This document shows, piece after piece, positions 28,001 through 42,000 of a stretch of 64,000 bases of DNA (position 1 is its first letter; the number at the start of each line of letters is the position of its first letter). A program made the translations under genes and the position numbers. The stretch is from the NCBI GenBank assembly GCA_030141605.1, contig JAQGDQ010000067.1:673872-737871 (forward strand), in the 5' to 3' direction. This stretch comes from Tubiluchus corallicola. Its lineage: Eukaryota > Animalia > Priapulida. Below the pieces are notes generated by a model. The model did not search any database and was not told the DNA's origin. It saw only the letters and a program-made list of their open reading frames with translations.

Positions 28001-31000
28001 TACTCATGGTAGTTCAGTAATAAAATTCCTTTTATTAAAAAATTGTACCTGACTTTCTGAGATGCGCATTAAGTTATGGTATAATATTATTTTTATTTGT
28101 TATTTGTTGAATATTTTAATATTGGGGGTGTTTTCTTTTAAGCTAACTAATGAGGCACAGTTTTTTTGTGACAGCTATCCTAGGCTACACAACTATTTGA
28201 GCTAGTTAGCAAAGAAAAACAGTTATTTTTATATGAACCTAGTTTTTATATAGGACATTGGTACTTGTCATACAGCTAATGAATATATAGATAAAATTTG
28301 TTTTGTTATTAGGATGTTTGTTTAACCTCTAGTAATGTCTTAGCCGAACAATTTGAGGAAGGTTGGACTGATATACCTAAGGTAAGACTCTTTCTTGCAA
28401 TTCTAACATATCTCTTTTTGTGTGATGGATGTTACATTTATTAAGTTTTATGAAAGGCATGATCAACAAAATGTTTTTTTTAATAGTTTGATTTATTTTA
28501 GTAGATTGTTTCAACTAACTGAGTTTCATTTGTTTACATGAGTAGCAAATTGTTTTAATGCCAACCGCAAGTATAAAGGTTGACATTGTTAAAATACGAC
28601 TGTGGCATATTTTTATTCTGTAATTTTGATTTTTTTAGGACTTGAGAACACAGACAGCATTGCAAATGAGTAACAGTTTAAATAAAAATGCTTTTTTGTT
28701 GGCTGATTATATGGAAGAAGAAGAAATTGAAACACTTGTGTATTATAATGTCTGTAAGTATATTATACAAACAATGAGTAAGTTTGATTTTTTTAATGGA
28801 AAGTGGGGAGAATGTTTGTTTTGATGTCCATGTAGTTTGGTTGTGCCTTTTTTATGGCTAGTTTAGTCCTGGCTGTTTCTTCTATGCAGCCGATCCAAAA
28901 TTCAGGTTGATTAAAAGAAAAAATATTTGTGTCTTCATGTGATTCATTTTATGCCATTTTGTTGTAGTCATCATCACTGCCACTGATGTTGTTATCTATT
29001 TCATTGTTATGAAAATAAATTTGGAACCGTAGAAATTTTTATCTGCATGAACAACAAAATTACAACTTTGAGGGAAAGTTTTCTATTAACAGTGTGCTTA
29101 CTTTTTTACAGTAATGCAGGTTAATGTTCATAACAATACAGAAAAAGACATGGTTTTTCCTGATCCATATGCAGAAGCTAAAACCGTTAATTTCAAGGGA
29201 AGTAATTCATCACATGTGGTACTATCAAAGCAAGCCCTGGCAGAGATTTATGGTGATGAAAATGTTAAAGGTGTTTTCTTTTTTTACAATAACTTGGAGC
29301 CATTATTACCTGCCAGAATTCAAAACAGGTTTGTGTTTAACAGTTGCCTACTTAATTCGTGGTAGTTTTTTGAATGTATAGTCTTTAAAGAGGTTACAAA
29401 ATGTGATGTCACCTTTACACCTTTCGTGATTCACTCTTTGCTGCGCTTTTTCCTTATTTTATTTTTTGGCTACTAAAGTTTCACGTTTTTTGCTCAAATG
29501 TTTTGTGTGCTCAATTTGAAGTTGGTTTTCGGTGTGTGAGGTTGGTTGCTATGCTTTGCCAAATGTGGAAATTTCAAATAGATTTCTGTGTTTGTTAGGC
29601 ATTTTGTGTTATTTTGCAAAGACCTACTAGTTTTGCCAACTCTTCTAGAGGTGCCTCAATTTTGATCTGGAGCTTAGTAATTAAAACTGTCTCATTAAAT
29701 ACTTGAAATTGTTATCTCCTTTGAAAGTGCAGTTTTTATAAATGCAAAATGACTGCTGTGAGATAAACTGCAGTATGATTATCAAAAGGACAAAAGCTCA
29801 CATAAAACTTGTAGACAAAATGAAATTTTTCATATACCGAGACAAATATCTAGGCAAAAATAATATGGAGATTTAGTCTAGTTTGCAAGCAGTATACAAA
29901 AATGCCACCACCAACAAAAAATTAGCCACTTGCTTTTATATTTTTTCATGACTTGTGCTGGTACCAAGCGTCTATTAAACCTAATTACACATTTCTTTAG
30001 CCTTCTTGGTGGCTCTTCTACATAACCAAGGGCTCTTTAACCCACGGCCCCCTGCTTCAATAGTGTCTGTGGCTACTAGAGCCATTACTAACTAATTTTT
30101 ATGTGTCCAGTTCCAACAGTGCACTAACTGTGCCCATTTTTTGTTAACTGCACATGATTTTTGTATGCTGGTGCTTTTGTGGCTTTAAAGTTTGTTTGCT
30201 ACAGTTAAGTTGCAGTTACACACAACCCTTCCAAATGATGATGAATTGACTTTTTGTTTTTTTCTAGCACTGAGACTTTAATACACGGAAGCCTAGTGCT
30301 GTCTGCAAGTTTGAACGATGGGCACACACCAGTAAATTTTGAAGAAAATGAACTTATTTTTACTCTTGAGTTATACGCAACCAGTTTGAATGATACTGGA
30401 ATACAGAAATATGTATGCACTTATTGGAATGAGTCTGATGGGTAAAATATTGATTACTTTCTTATTTACTGGTTCTACAAGTTTGCTGAAACTTTACTTT
30501 GTGTGAAATTAAATAATCTACTTATTAAGCAGGTTTACTTATATACAGCCAGATAGAGTAGAGACAGATTTTTATATTATAAGTACAAGATGTACAGTCA
30601 TGCAGCTCCTAAAATAATGGCCTTATAGCAAATATAAAAAGTTGACAAATCTACAGATTCAAACATGTAACAACTAAAAACATACAGATTACAAGATATT
30701 ATAATAGTGTAAGTATATCAAGCATAATAACTCTAACTTATCACAGGGCAGTAAATTAATCTCTTGGACATGTGTAATAACAGTTCTGCATATTGACAAA
30801 GGCATTATTAGAATAGCGAGTAACACAGGTAACGTACTGCAAAGGAAAAACATCATAGTAATGATTTTCTGAAACATTTAATTGTATGCTAATAATGCTC
30901 ACAAACTTTTATAGAGGTTTTTGGAATCAGAACGGCTGTAGAGAGATATTTAGTAATGAGACACATGCAACTTGTGCTTGTAATCATATGACCAGTTTTA

Positions 31001-33009
31001 CTGTATTAATGGATACCCAAGGAGATACCCAGGTATGTTAATTTCAAGTTTATGAATTTTTATTTACTAAATTTTTTATATTTTTGTTTTGTGTTATATA
31101 GACCAGCAGGACAAAACCATTCTCACAAAGTTGCAGCTGCGTAAAACCATAACATGATACATAGTGACTTTCTGCCAACTACTTAATAAACTCCTTAGAA
31201 TTACTCAGCTGCCTGTCATTATTCTAAGGTTACAATATTATTACAATATTACATATTTTTAAATATGGGATGCACAGTACGAGGCATTTATTGCAATCAC
31301 CTGTCATATGCAGATGATGCACGTCTGTTGGCGCCGACCACTCCGAAACTTCAACAGCTCATAAATGTTTATAGTGCTTTTGCAATTAAACATGAAATTA
31401 TTGTGAACACGAATAAAACGAAAACTTTATCCATAAAACCAGCTTGTATGAGACTCTTAGGAATGGTTGATGTTTATTTAAATAATGTACTTCTAAAAAT
31501 GTGAAAGAAGAGAAATATTTTGATATAGATAGACAGCATTCTTTGTTTACATAAGGTCAAACAAATTGATAAGAAATTTTTCAAAATGTAGTGCAAACAT
31601 AAAAAGGAAACTTTTATTCACATTGTTCAAACTTTTATTGTGCAGCTCTATGGTACAATTTTTTTATTATAGTTTTAATCACATAAAAATTGCATACAAC
31701 AAAAGGCATCTGAAAGTTATTTCAACTGTTCTGCAAGGGGAATGTGTGTTCAACTTAGCATACCGTATTTTGATACTGTAATTTGAAAACTTATTTATTC
31801 ACTTAAAAACAGGCTGTCAAAAAGTTGCAATACTGTGGTACTAAACATATGGAACAGTGAATGCAGGTATCAATCTAAAATTCACCAGCACTGGTTGAAA
31901 ACTTTATATGTGTTAAACAAGCTACTATGATTTTATTGTATCTATATACTCTTTGCTTTTAGTACTACTTTTAAATTATTGATGTTTATTGTATATTATG
32001 CCTATGTGAATGAAATGTTCCGGGGATGTGTGTGACGATTGTATATGCTGTATATAGTAGTGAGTTTTAGTAATTTTTTATATAATGCTGTCTTTTGTTT
32101 TGTACATTTTTAATTCCTGTTTTTATATGGGAGAAATTCTGAAAAAAAGGTTTAAATTCAATTCATTCAAATACTATTACATCTAGCCAATAAGTGTAAT
32201 AATACATGATCATTTCTCACACTTTGTTTTACTTGTGACAAGAGGCTGTAGGGCTCTTTATAACTGTGTCACATTAAACATTTAGCATCATTTAGTCTGC
32301 TGTACTAAAACTCCTAAAAGACAATTTAAAGCTTAACTTTGCTTTTCAGTTAGTCGATCAATAAAATTGTGATTTCATATTATTAAGGCAAAGGCTTGTA
32401 TTTGTTGTATTAAGTATAATTAGTACTGTATTAAAATTTCTTTATATAATTCATCAATTTCAATATGACTTTACACATTTTCAGATCTCTGAAACTCATC
32501 AACTTGTTTTGGACGTTGTTACCTACATAGGATGCTGCATATCGATAATATGCCTGTTTATCTGCGTCATCGTTTTCTCTGTCTTCAGGTTTGCTTTTAT
32601 TGGGTGTTTTATAGTTAGCTAGTGTGTACTTTTATTACTTTAATTTCCTTCATTAATGAGCTTCTAGACATCATGGATATTGATATCCTTGGTAAAAAGT
32701 TGGTGGAATCTGCAAATGATTTTTTACAATTTTGTAATATGCTAAAAAGTTTTTAGTTAACAAATAGTTTTCGTTCTTGGTTATTTTTTGGTAAAATGTC
32801 TTATTTACCAATGATTAAATATTTAACTAAAATAGTTCAAGCAAATGGGACTAAATATTTATTTCATACATTTCTGACACCTGTTTGATACCTGCTGCTC
32901 TTGACAATAAATGCCAGGATTTGTCCTGAATTGCAGGCCAGTATCATGGCAGGTTTATAGTTATAACTATCTCTCTCTATATATATATGGAGAGAGAGGG
33001 AGGGACGGA

Positions 33010-33077
<68 letters not shown>

Positions 33078-36000
33078 GGAGGGTGTGAGAGAGGGGAGGA
33101 GGCAGGGAGGGAGGGAGTTAGTGAGAGAGAGAGAGAGAGAATTGCCACCCTTTCACCAATCAGTTTAATATCATGTCTCAGATAAATTAATCATCATAAT
33201 AATTTTGCTACATTGCATCATATTATCGTTTTATGCACTGTGTTTTTCTTCCTGTAAAAAGCTGATAAATAAATAAAAAAATAAAGAGGAAGAGGATATT
33301 GTGTAACAAAATCATAAATTGATTTCCAGGCAAATGAACTTTCTTTGTTGAATGAATTGTGTAGCATTCTGTGTGTATTTTAACTTGACACTGAATGTTG
33401 AATTACCTAATACTCCAATTGGTAATGTTATTATTGCAGGAATTTATGGTGTGATCGCAATACGATTCATCGCAATCTGTGCCTTACTTTACTTATTGCT
33501 GAGCTTCTTTTTGTTGTTGGTGTTGATCAAACTAAAAATAAGGTAAGTAAGCTTCATTACTGTCTGTTTGTGTATTAGATCTTTACTTCTCTTTACCAGT
33601 CAGTTTTACTCATTTCCCTTTTAACTGTTAAAAGTTTTATGAATGGTCGACTTGTGCACCAATATTTCCTGATATTAGCTGTTAATGGCGACATAGCATT
33701 TTTTCAATCTAAAGCATGAACCTTGTGAGGTTTTGTCTGGATTATAGGGCACATAAACAATAACAAAACATTTTTTACTGTTTGTAGTATGAACTGATGT
33801 CTAGCAGTTTAATACGGATTGTTATAGTCTTCGACTTCATTAAAATTTGAGTGATACAGTGTTATATGAAAAGTATTGAAAGTGAAATTACCTTGTAGTA
33901 TAATTCATAGTATAAGCACAAATATCTCTGTAGACTTGTGGAATTTCTGCAAGTTAGTGGTATCAGTTTGAAATTTCATATCATAATTTTTTCTAATCTT
34001 CTAGTTAGACCTACTATCAAGTTTATAAGCTAGCATTTTTTATTTTGACACACTATTAAAGCTTTTTTATCGATGAAGCTTCACCTAATTTTCACTCTTC
34101 ATTCACATGTCTATTTCTGTGTTGCAATGTTATTTACAAACTTTGTATCAATTTATAGTATGTGTTAATTATTAGATGGAATTGAGCTATAGGCATCTCA
34201 TTGTGTACTAAATTTAGTACATATCTTTAATCATATTTCAGGTATTTTGCAGCATAGTTGCTGCTTTGCTGCATTACTTTTTTCTGGCTGCATTTGCTTG
34301 GATGTGTCTAGAAGGAATTGAATTGTACATCATGCTTATCAAAGTATTTGAAAGTGAAACTCAGATTAGATGGTTCTATTTATTTGGATATGGTAAATAA
34401 TTCACTCTTTTTTCAACTTTTCATTTCAGTGATTAGATATTCTCTATTTTTTTACAATAATTTTTACAGTCTCTAAATTTTATATTAACCCAAGAGTCCA
34501 TAGGAATGCCATACAAATTATTGTTAAAATATTTTTAGTATATTTCTATCATTTTTGCATAATAAGCATTAGTTACTAGGAAACTGTTTATTGACAAAAA
34601 ATATTTTTCCATTATTGGTTACTAAGTGTTTTATGATATTTTATTTTAAGTTTATGTTGAGTGTTATAACAATTAGATAAATGTTCATGCTTTTTGCAGG
34701 CTTACCTATGCTTGTAGTTATAATAGCAGCTGCAATTCAGCCAGATGGTTATGGCACAGAAAAATAGTAAGTTTATACCACATTCACTCTTTAATTAGCA
34801 TGAAGAATTATGAGCAACATATGAGTACAGTCTAGCCTCGTTATCTCGCCCCTCGTTATGCCGCCAAACTCGTCTCTCGCCATAGAAAGTACCAGGACGG
34901 ATTTCCTGCTTTGATATTTACCTTGTTAAGTCGCCACCCTCGCTTCTCGCCCTCGCCACGTCATGCTAGGATGAGTGCTTATGTAAACTATATTCGTTAT
35001 GTCGCCAAACAGACAAACTCAGAGGTGAATCGATCAATACATATACTACCGCGTGTCGATCAATATAACCGCGGTATGTAGACAATGCTGCTGTGCGCGA
35101 TAGACAGACATAATTAATCTAGTGTGTGTCTCACCGGGATTAGATTAGGAGTGCTGTGGTTGGTTAATGCGCAGAGAAACTAAAGCGTCACCAATATCCT
35201 TACTCTATAACACCAAAGCTGCGTTTAAGTTTGAGTTTCCACAAACTGTGAGCAACTTTACATGATGTCTCTGAAGCGAAAACTGTTTTGTCTTAATCCT
35301 GAACAAAAAAAGGAAATTTGTATTTAGTGCGAAATTTGGTGACACTGTGAGAAGTGTCTCATGGCGCATCGCATGTATTGAATGACCAGGCAGCAGCAGC
35401 TGTCGACACACTGATGCGATACTTTGAACAGTCTGACAGAGTCACAAGCGAGGATATTCAAGGATTGTGTTTGATTAAACGTCGTGTTGACTGCTTGCGT
35501 GTATCATCAATGAAACAGTTGTCTCTTCTGAATTATTTCAGTCGTCAGTAACTCATTTGTGAACATTTCTAAATCTTTTGCTAAGTTTATTGCATTTAAG
35601 TGTATACTCGAAAAAGGTTTTTTAAATAAAAAAGTAACATTCTAAGATTATTTTTATGACATTTTTTTCATTTCTGATTTAATGTTTCATCGTTAAGTGT
35701 ATATTGTTGGGTAAAATATTGCAAAGCCATTTTAACTTGCTAGTTACTTTATTCCATGAATTGTGTAACAAGTAAAATCATCGACATCATCAACATTATG
35801 TTGTTAGTCACACTTATTACTTTCTCTGCAGTTGTTGGCTGAACACAGAAACTAATTTCATATACAGCTTCATCGCACCTGTGTGCCTTGTTATCCTTGT
35901 GAGTATACTTAACAGTAATTATTTATTTTAATTTATTCATTATAAAATATTTTGCTGCTATTTTATATTGTTCTAAACAATGAACATTGTATGTAGATTG

Positions 36001-39000
36001 TTTGTGAGATGTCATTTACATTTTTAAATCTTCAGGTAAACATGGTATGCTTGGTAGTTGCATTAAAAGTTGTTTTTTCCGTGAAGAGTAATCCTGCTGC
36101 AACCATGGGAAAACAAAGCAAATATGATAAGATACGGTAATGAAGTTATATATATGCAAGATACTTTGAGTTTATAAAACTTTAGCTTTATTGTTAGGTA
36201 GTGTATCAAAATACAAGACTGTGTAAGTCTCATATAACTAGCAGTATTATAATATTTATTCTCATCATTATGTTTTTTTGCAAATGTTACTATTAAAATA
36301 TTTCTGAACTAATTATTTCATATTTTTTTATGTTTTTTAAACTGTCAGAGTAAATGTCAGCAAAATGTTGCAACCATGGAATTAAGTGATAACAAACATC
36401 AAACCAATGCTAATATCTATCTCTACTATATATTTTATGGTACAGAATCTGTCTCCTGCTCACATATTGGTAAGGTTAAGAGACCCCAAACTGCTGATTG
36501 AAGTTCTTTACTGAAATTGCAGTCATTGAAAGCAGCATTGCTAATATTTTTGATAAAATCTTTGATATTTTGAGTAAATCTAAAGAGCAAGAACTTTCAA
36601 CTGTTTTAAGTAATTTCTGTATAAGAAAAACAGATTCAATGATTTTTATAAAAACTGAAAAGTTTGTTCTTTAGATAAGTAAGCACTTTAAATAGGCCTA
36701 GTTTTGCAAACAATAGGTAATGCTGCTCTGTCAACATCATGTCCATTACATTTTTTGCAAATATTGAAGTCTAGTAAGTGTTGTAATTGTGCAGCATGTT
36801 GTTTGCACATGTGCATTTTTTACAAAATATTGCAATGTTTTAATTTTATTACTGATGCAGCATGGATGGACAGAAAATCAAGTATGAACTTTTAACGACT
36901 ATTATTAGTTATATTATCTGAATCTAAGTATCCTGCCTGTCATGAAGTCTTGCATTATTTATCGTGCAGTGGATGTGACATCTCTGCTGTTCATTTCTGT
37001 CCTGCAGGTCTGTGTTATTAATATCCAACCACTTGTGGTCTGTTACAGTCATCTTGACCCAAGTTTTTGGGCTTGTTATGTGTTTTTTCATAGATTGCAA
37101 GTGGTCATTGTCACATAAATTAAATCTGCTGCTCACAAAGTCCACAGCTATACAGTGCTACTGGCTACCCCAGCTGCCACAACTTTAGCTTGGAGCGTAG
37201 TCCTTCCACTGGGTGCTAAGGTAAATGTGGGCTGTACTTGCTGTTCCATGCCAGGCCTCAAGCTTTGTATTAACCGATCTAGCCTGCTACCCTGACACCA
37301 TATGTCAGGCTGTTCTGGTACTCTGGTGACTGTAATCATCTGCATCTTCTTAGTACTTATTTTCACTTTGTACTTATTCAATGCATCCAAGAGGATCGTA
37401 GATTGGATTGGCCAATAGGCAAAAATAATTGGATCGGATCAGGACACAAGTTTTCATATCGGCATATTCCTGACTAAGAGCAGGGCATCGATGGACGCAC
37501 TCTACAGAATCCATCTGTTGGAATGATATTACTCGATTACCTCCTTTAAATAGAAACCTATCACTCCTTCCTTGATAGTAAACCACTCTGTCATCTCATT
37601 CTCTACTCTGTCTGCTGCTTACTGTCTGCAGTGCAGGGCATTAACTACTGTTCTACAATACTCTTTGTTACATATTGTTTGTTACAATTTCCTTGCAAGG
37701 CCTTTATAAATTTTTGATACAGTAAATCTATAAAATATGCTCTGATTCTACAATAATCATTTACAGTTATTGTCAGAGTTGAATGCAATCTCTATCATAC
37801 TGCTGAAATGCACATTCAATTCAGCTCTGATGAATGTGGGTTTATGTATTTAAATCTCTTAATAATGCCGATATATACACTCTATGAACACAGTGTAGCT
37901 AAATAAAAGTTTCTGCAAGCTTATGTTAATTAAGATTTAGGGTATGCCAGAAGAAATGCTAGAATGGTGTATAATAATGAAATTGTTGAATTAATTGGTG
38001 TTTTAAGTTAAGAATTTGTACATTTTTCAGAGGTTGGTTGAAAGGCTCTGTAATGTTGCTGTCTCTGCTGGGAATTACATGGATTTTTGGTTTACTTTAT
38101 ATTAATGAAGAAACAATCATTTTTGCTTATCTTTTTACAATCTTCAATTCATTCCAGGTACAAGAACTTTAAATAAAATTTGTAAAATGCAGTAGGCTAA
38201 TTGAGTGCTCTAGCTCATCATTTTACCTAGTCTAATTAACAATGTGCTGTAACTTTTTCTATTTAATAAGCTTTTGTCACTAATACTAGTAATGTTAAAA
38301 CTGTGTTTAGGTCATAAACATTTCACTACCCCTACTTGAGTATCATTGTTTGCAGTATTCTCCTCGATGATGTTGTTTCTTCATGGGCAATGTTATCATC
38401 ATTGCTTCTAGTAATCTCAAATTGACTCACTACCTATAGTGCCAGTATCTTTGTTTCTAGTAACCTCCCTATTGATGTTGCTTTTTCATGGCACTAATAT
38501 CACTATTATTTTTATAATAACCTCACTAATGGTCTGTATTACTTCTAATAGATTTTAATTCTACTCTTTATTCTATAGATAAAAAGTTTGTTATAACAGT
38601 AAGTCTCATTTCTATAACTATATGTGTCCTACATGCATTTACATGATTATGTAATTAAATTTGTGCTTGGCAATTACTTTGAATTTCTTCATAAATTTAT
38701 AATTATTTTTCAGGGCTTCTTCATATTCATTTTTCATTGTGTAATGAATGAGAAAGTGCAAAAGTCATTTGCCAGATTTATTCAACATAGCAGTTGTTGT
38801 CCACAGAGCATAAAGAAGAAGTTTGAGCACATCAGCACTCCATCTGCTGCTTATACATCATCTGTAAGTTATGAGTTTTAATACCAATTAATAATAATAT
38901 TATTATTAATATTAATATAGTGCTCCAAACATATAAAAATACTCAGTTGCGCTTTACCACCAAAGATTTTACAAAGCCTAAAATAAATCATAAAAATACC

Positions 39001-42000
39001 CACTATAAAGAAAAGCTTTAAAAATTTAAGTTAAAAAATCAATATAAAATCTAGTTAGCAAAATGCAGACAACATTAAAGTCTAATTCAATTCCTATATT
39101 CTAATTTACAAAGATGTGTCTTGAGCAATCTTCAAAATGTAATTATATTATTCATCTTCAAATATTCAGTGGAAGGCTGTTCCAAACAGTTGAAGTGGCA
39201 TGGGAAAAGGCATGCATACTTGAAGTTTTTGTTTGTGTCCTAGGCACAACAAGTAGATTTTTTGCCAGATCTTAAGTTTCTGGCAGACGTGTTGATCATT
39301 TAAGCATTTAAATGCCATCACAGCAATTTTGAATTGGATTCTAGATTGCACCGGAAGCCAATGTAGGACCCTTGATGTTGAAGTTGTGTGATCATTCTTG
39401 TGCAAATGAACGATCACTCTAGCTGCACAATTTTGAATTTTTTATAGTTTGTATTTCGAGTTTTTGAAACATTAAACAGCAATGCATTACAGTAGTCCAA
39501 AGTCGAACTTATAAAGAAATGAATCAAAGATTCAATAGAATACCTGTCTAGGTACTTGCAAATTTGCTTAGTTCTTGTTAATTGAGCATAAGCTTTTTTA
39601 CAAACATTACTGATGCGAAAACCCATTGATGTATTCTCATCAAAAATAACCCCTAAATTATGTGCTTGGTATGCAGGTACTAACTCAGAAGTTCCTATTT
39701 TTTTATAACAGCAGAAAGTTTTTCTAGCTGCTGTGTGGTACCAATCACGATACTTTTTGTTTTTTATCATTGATTTTCAAATGATGAGCAAGCATCCATG
39801 TTCGAACATCATTGATGCACTGCTCCATGGCTTGTATAGCATCAGTCTGAGCTTGAGATGTTGACAGCTTAAAGGCCAAATAAAGTTGATGATCATCAGC
39901 AAAACCACCAACCGTTGCAAGATGTTTTTCAATAAAATCATAGCTAGCCTAAAAATATTATTGGCCCCACGCAGCTTCCCTGGTGCATGTTTTAAGCTAA
40001 ATGATTCTGACAAAGTATTGTTAATTAATACCTACTATTTTCTGTTGGTAAGGTATGTCTGGAACGAGCTCATCACATTTTCAGTAATACTAAACCTCTT
40101 TACAAATGTATAAGCTAAAATATCAAAGGCTACACTCAGGTCTAACAGCACTAGTAATGTTACATGTTGTCATCTCTCCATGTTGTTCATTACATCAGAA
40201 AGAATTTAACTAATAATGTCTCAGTGCTGTGATATTTTTTATACGCTGAATTTGGTGTGGAATACAGGTCATTTCATTCAAGATGTTCTACATATGGGTT
40301 TAAAGCTGCTGCCTCTATCACTTTTGAAAGAAAAGGCACGTTGCTAATTGATCTGTAGTTCTTGTAGACCAACTCAAGTCTCTTTTTCAAAAGTTCACAT
40401 TACAAGTCGAATAAGCTTTTTTTACTCAGAAATTCTGTTTCTAATGTGTTCAGTGTTGTGTTTGAATAAAGAGTGCTTATAAACGTTTTACGTATGGTTG
40501 TTTACGTTTCATGTTAGTCCTTAGTGGCAGGTTGCTAGTGCTGTTTGTACAAATCCTACAAGGTTTGGATTTTCACACGTATCTGATATTTGTGCACGTT
40601 TATTATGAACTCTTTTTATGTACGAAGTTTAAAAATCAGTCTTAAGCAATACTGACATTTTATGCAAAATTTAAAACCTGTTTTTGTGTTATTTGTAATT
40701 GTTAAATCAGTTTTCTTCACACAAATACAAGCTGTTGGTATGTTACATATCTCATGCACTCTAATAGATTCTTTCATGACCCGGGCTGCAGCTTGCGATC
40801 TTGGTCATTCTTGATGTCTTGTCTCTGTAGTTTAATTTATTGTAACTTTCTTCTTATTTCAATATGCTGGTCATTAGCATGCTCGAGGATATGTTTCTGC
40901 AGAGAACTTACCTAATACACATAATGACGTATGTATATGGTGTAGTTGCGTAGACTTACAAGTCATGCCATTTCAAATGTTGATTCAAATGCTCATTGTA
41001 ATAGTTAGTTTGGTGTGTGCATAACCTGCCTGATACATGTGAAATTTATTGTATGTATCCTTAAAATTTGTGGATTAAAGGATTACATCATTGATTTGCA
41101 TCAATGATAAATGTGTAGAATACCTGTACTTCCCTTTCTGTGTGTGCTTTTGTAAGTTTGCAGCATAAACGCTGGAATTTTTTGCATGCGCTATGAATTC
41201 TTGTTAAGCAAAAAATGACAGTTTTTGTTTATTTTAGGATATTCAAGGAGCATGTTCCATATAATTAATCTAGTTATTCAAGAAAAGTTATTATAAAAAT
41301 GAAAACTATGAAGACTAGAAACTGATTGCTAGGACAGTCGATATTATGCCATACAAAAAGTAAAGCAGTGCCACTGAACATTTGTTGCTTTGTTAAAAGA
41401 TTTTCAAAAACTAATTTTGGCATTCTCACCATACTCCCAAAGTTTTCTTTATGTCTACAACGAACTTTCTGATGCTTTATTGTACTTGTTATATCAAAGA
41501 TTCTTGCTTTTTGAAGTTTCTATGGCCTATGTACGATTGTACGTATATATGCTCAAGTAAGTTATTAACTCCATTAAAATGAAAGCTTCTAAATTACAGT
41601 AAGGGTAACTGACAATCTTGTTTACAGTCTGGCAAACCAACGTCTAGCACTTATTTGAAGAATGACAGCAAATCATCAGGTCTAAGCCTTCTGGATGCCG
41701 CTTCCAAGAAAATTCGGAAAAGAATTAACAACAAAAATGAGAATGGTACTAATGGATTAAACACCGGTATATGTTTTTGCACAATAACTGAATCTTCAAG
41801 TTTCAGCTGGCCACACATTAAATTTTTTTCTTTACATTGGCAATAGTTTGTAAAGTGCAGGCTAAAAACTGCACATTGATGCCCATAGTAACTTTTTAAT
41901 CTTTAAAGGTCAAATTTAATATAAAAACAAGTTTTCTTTAATAAAAAGAGCTACCCATAACTTAAAATTTGACACTAATTTTCGTAAATTTCATGGCTTC

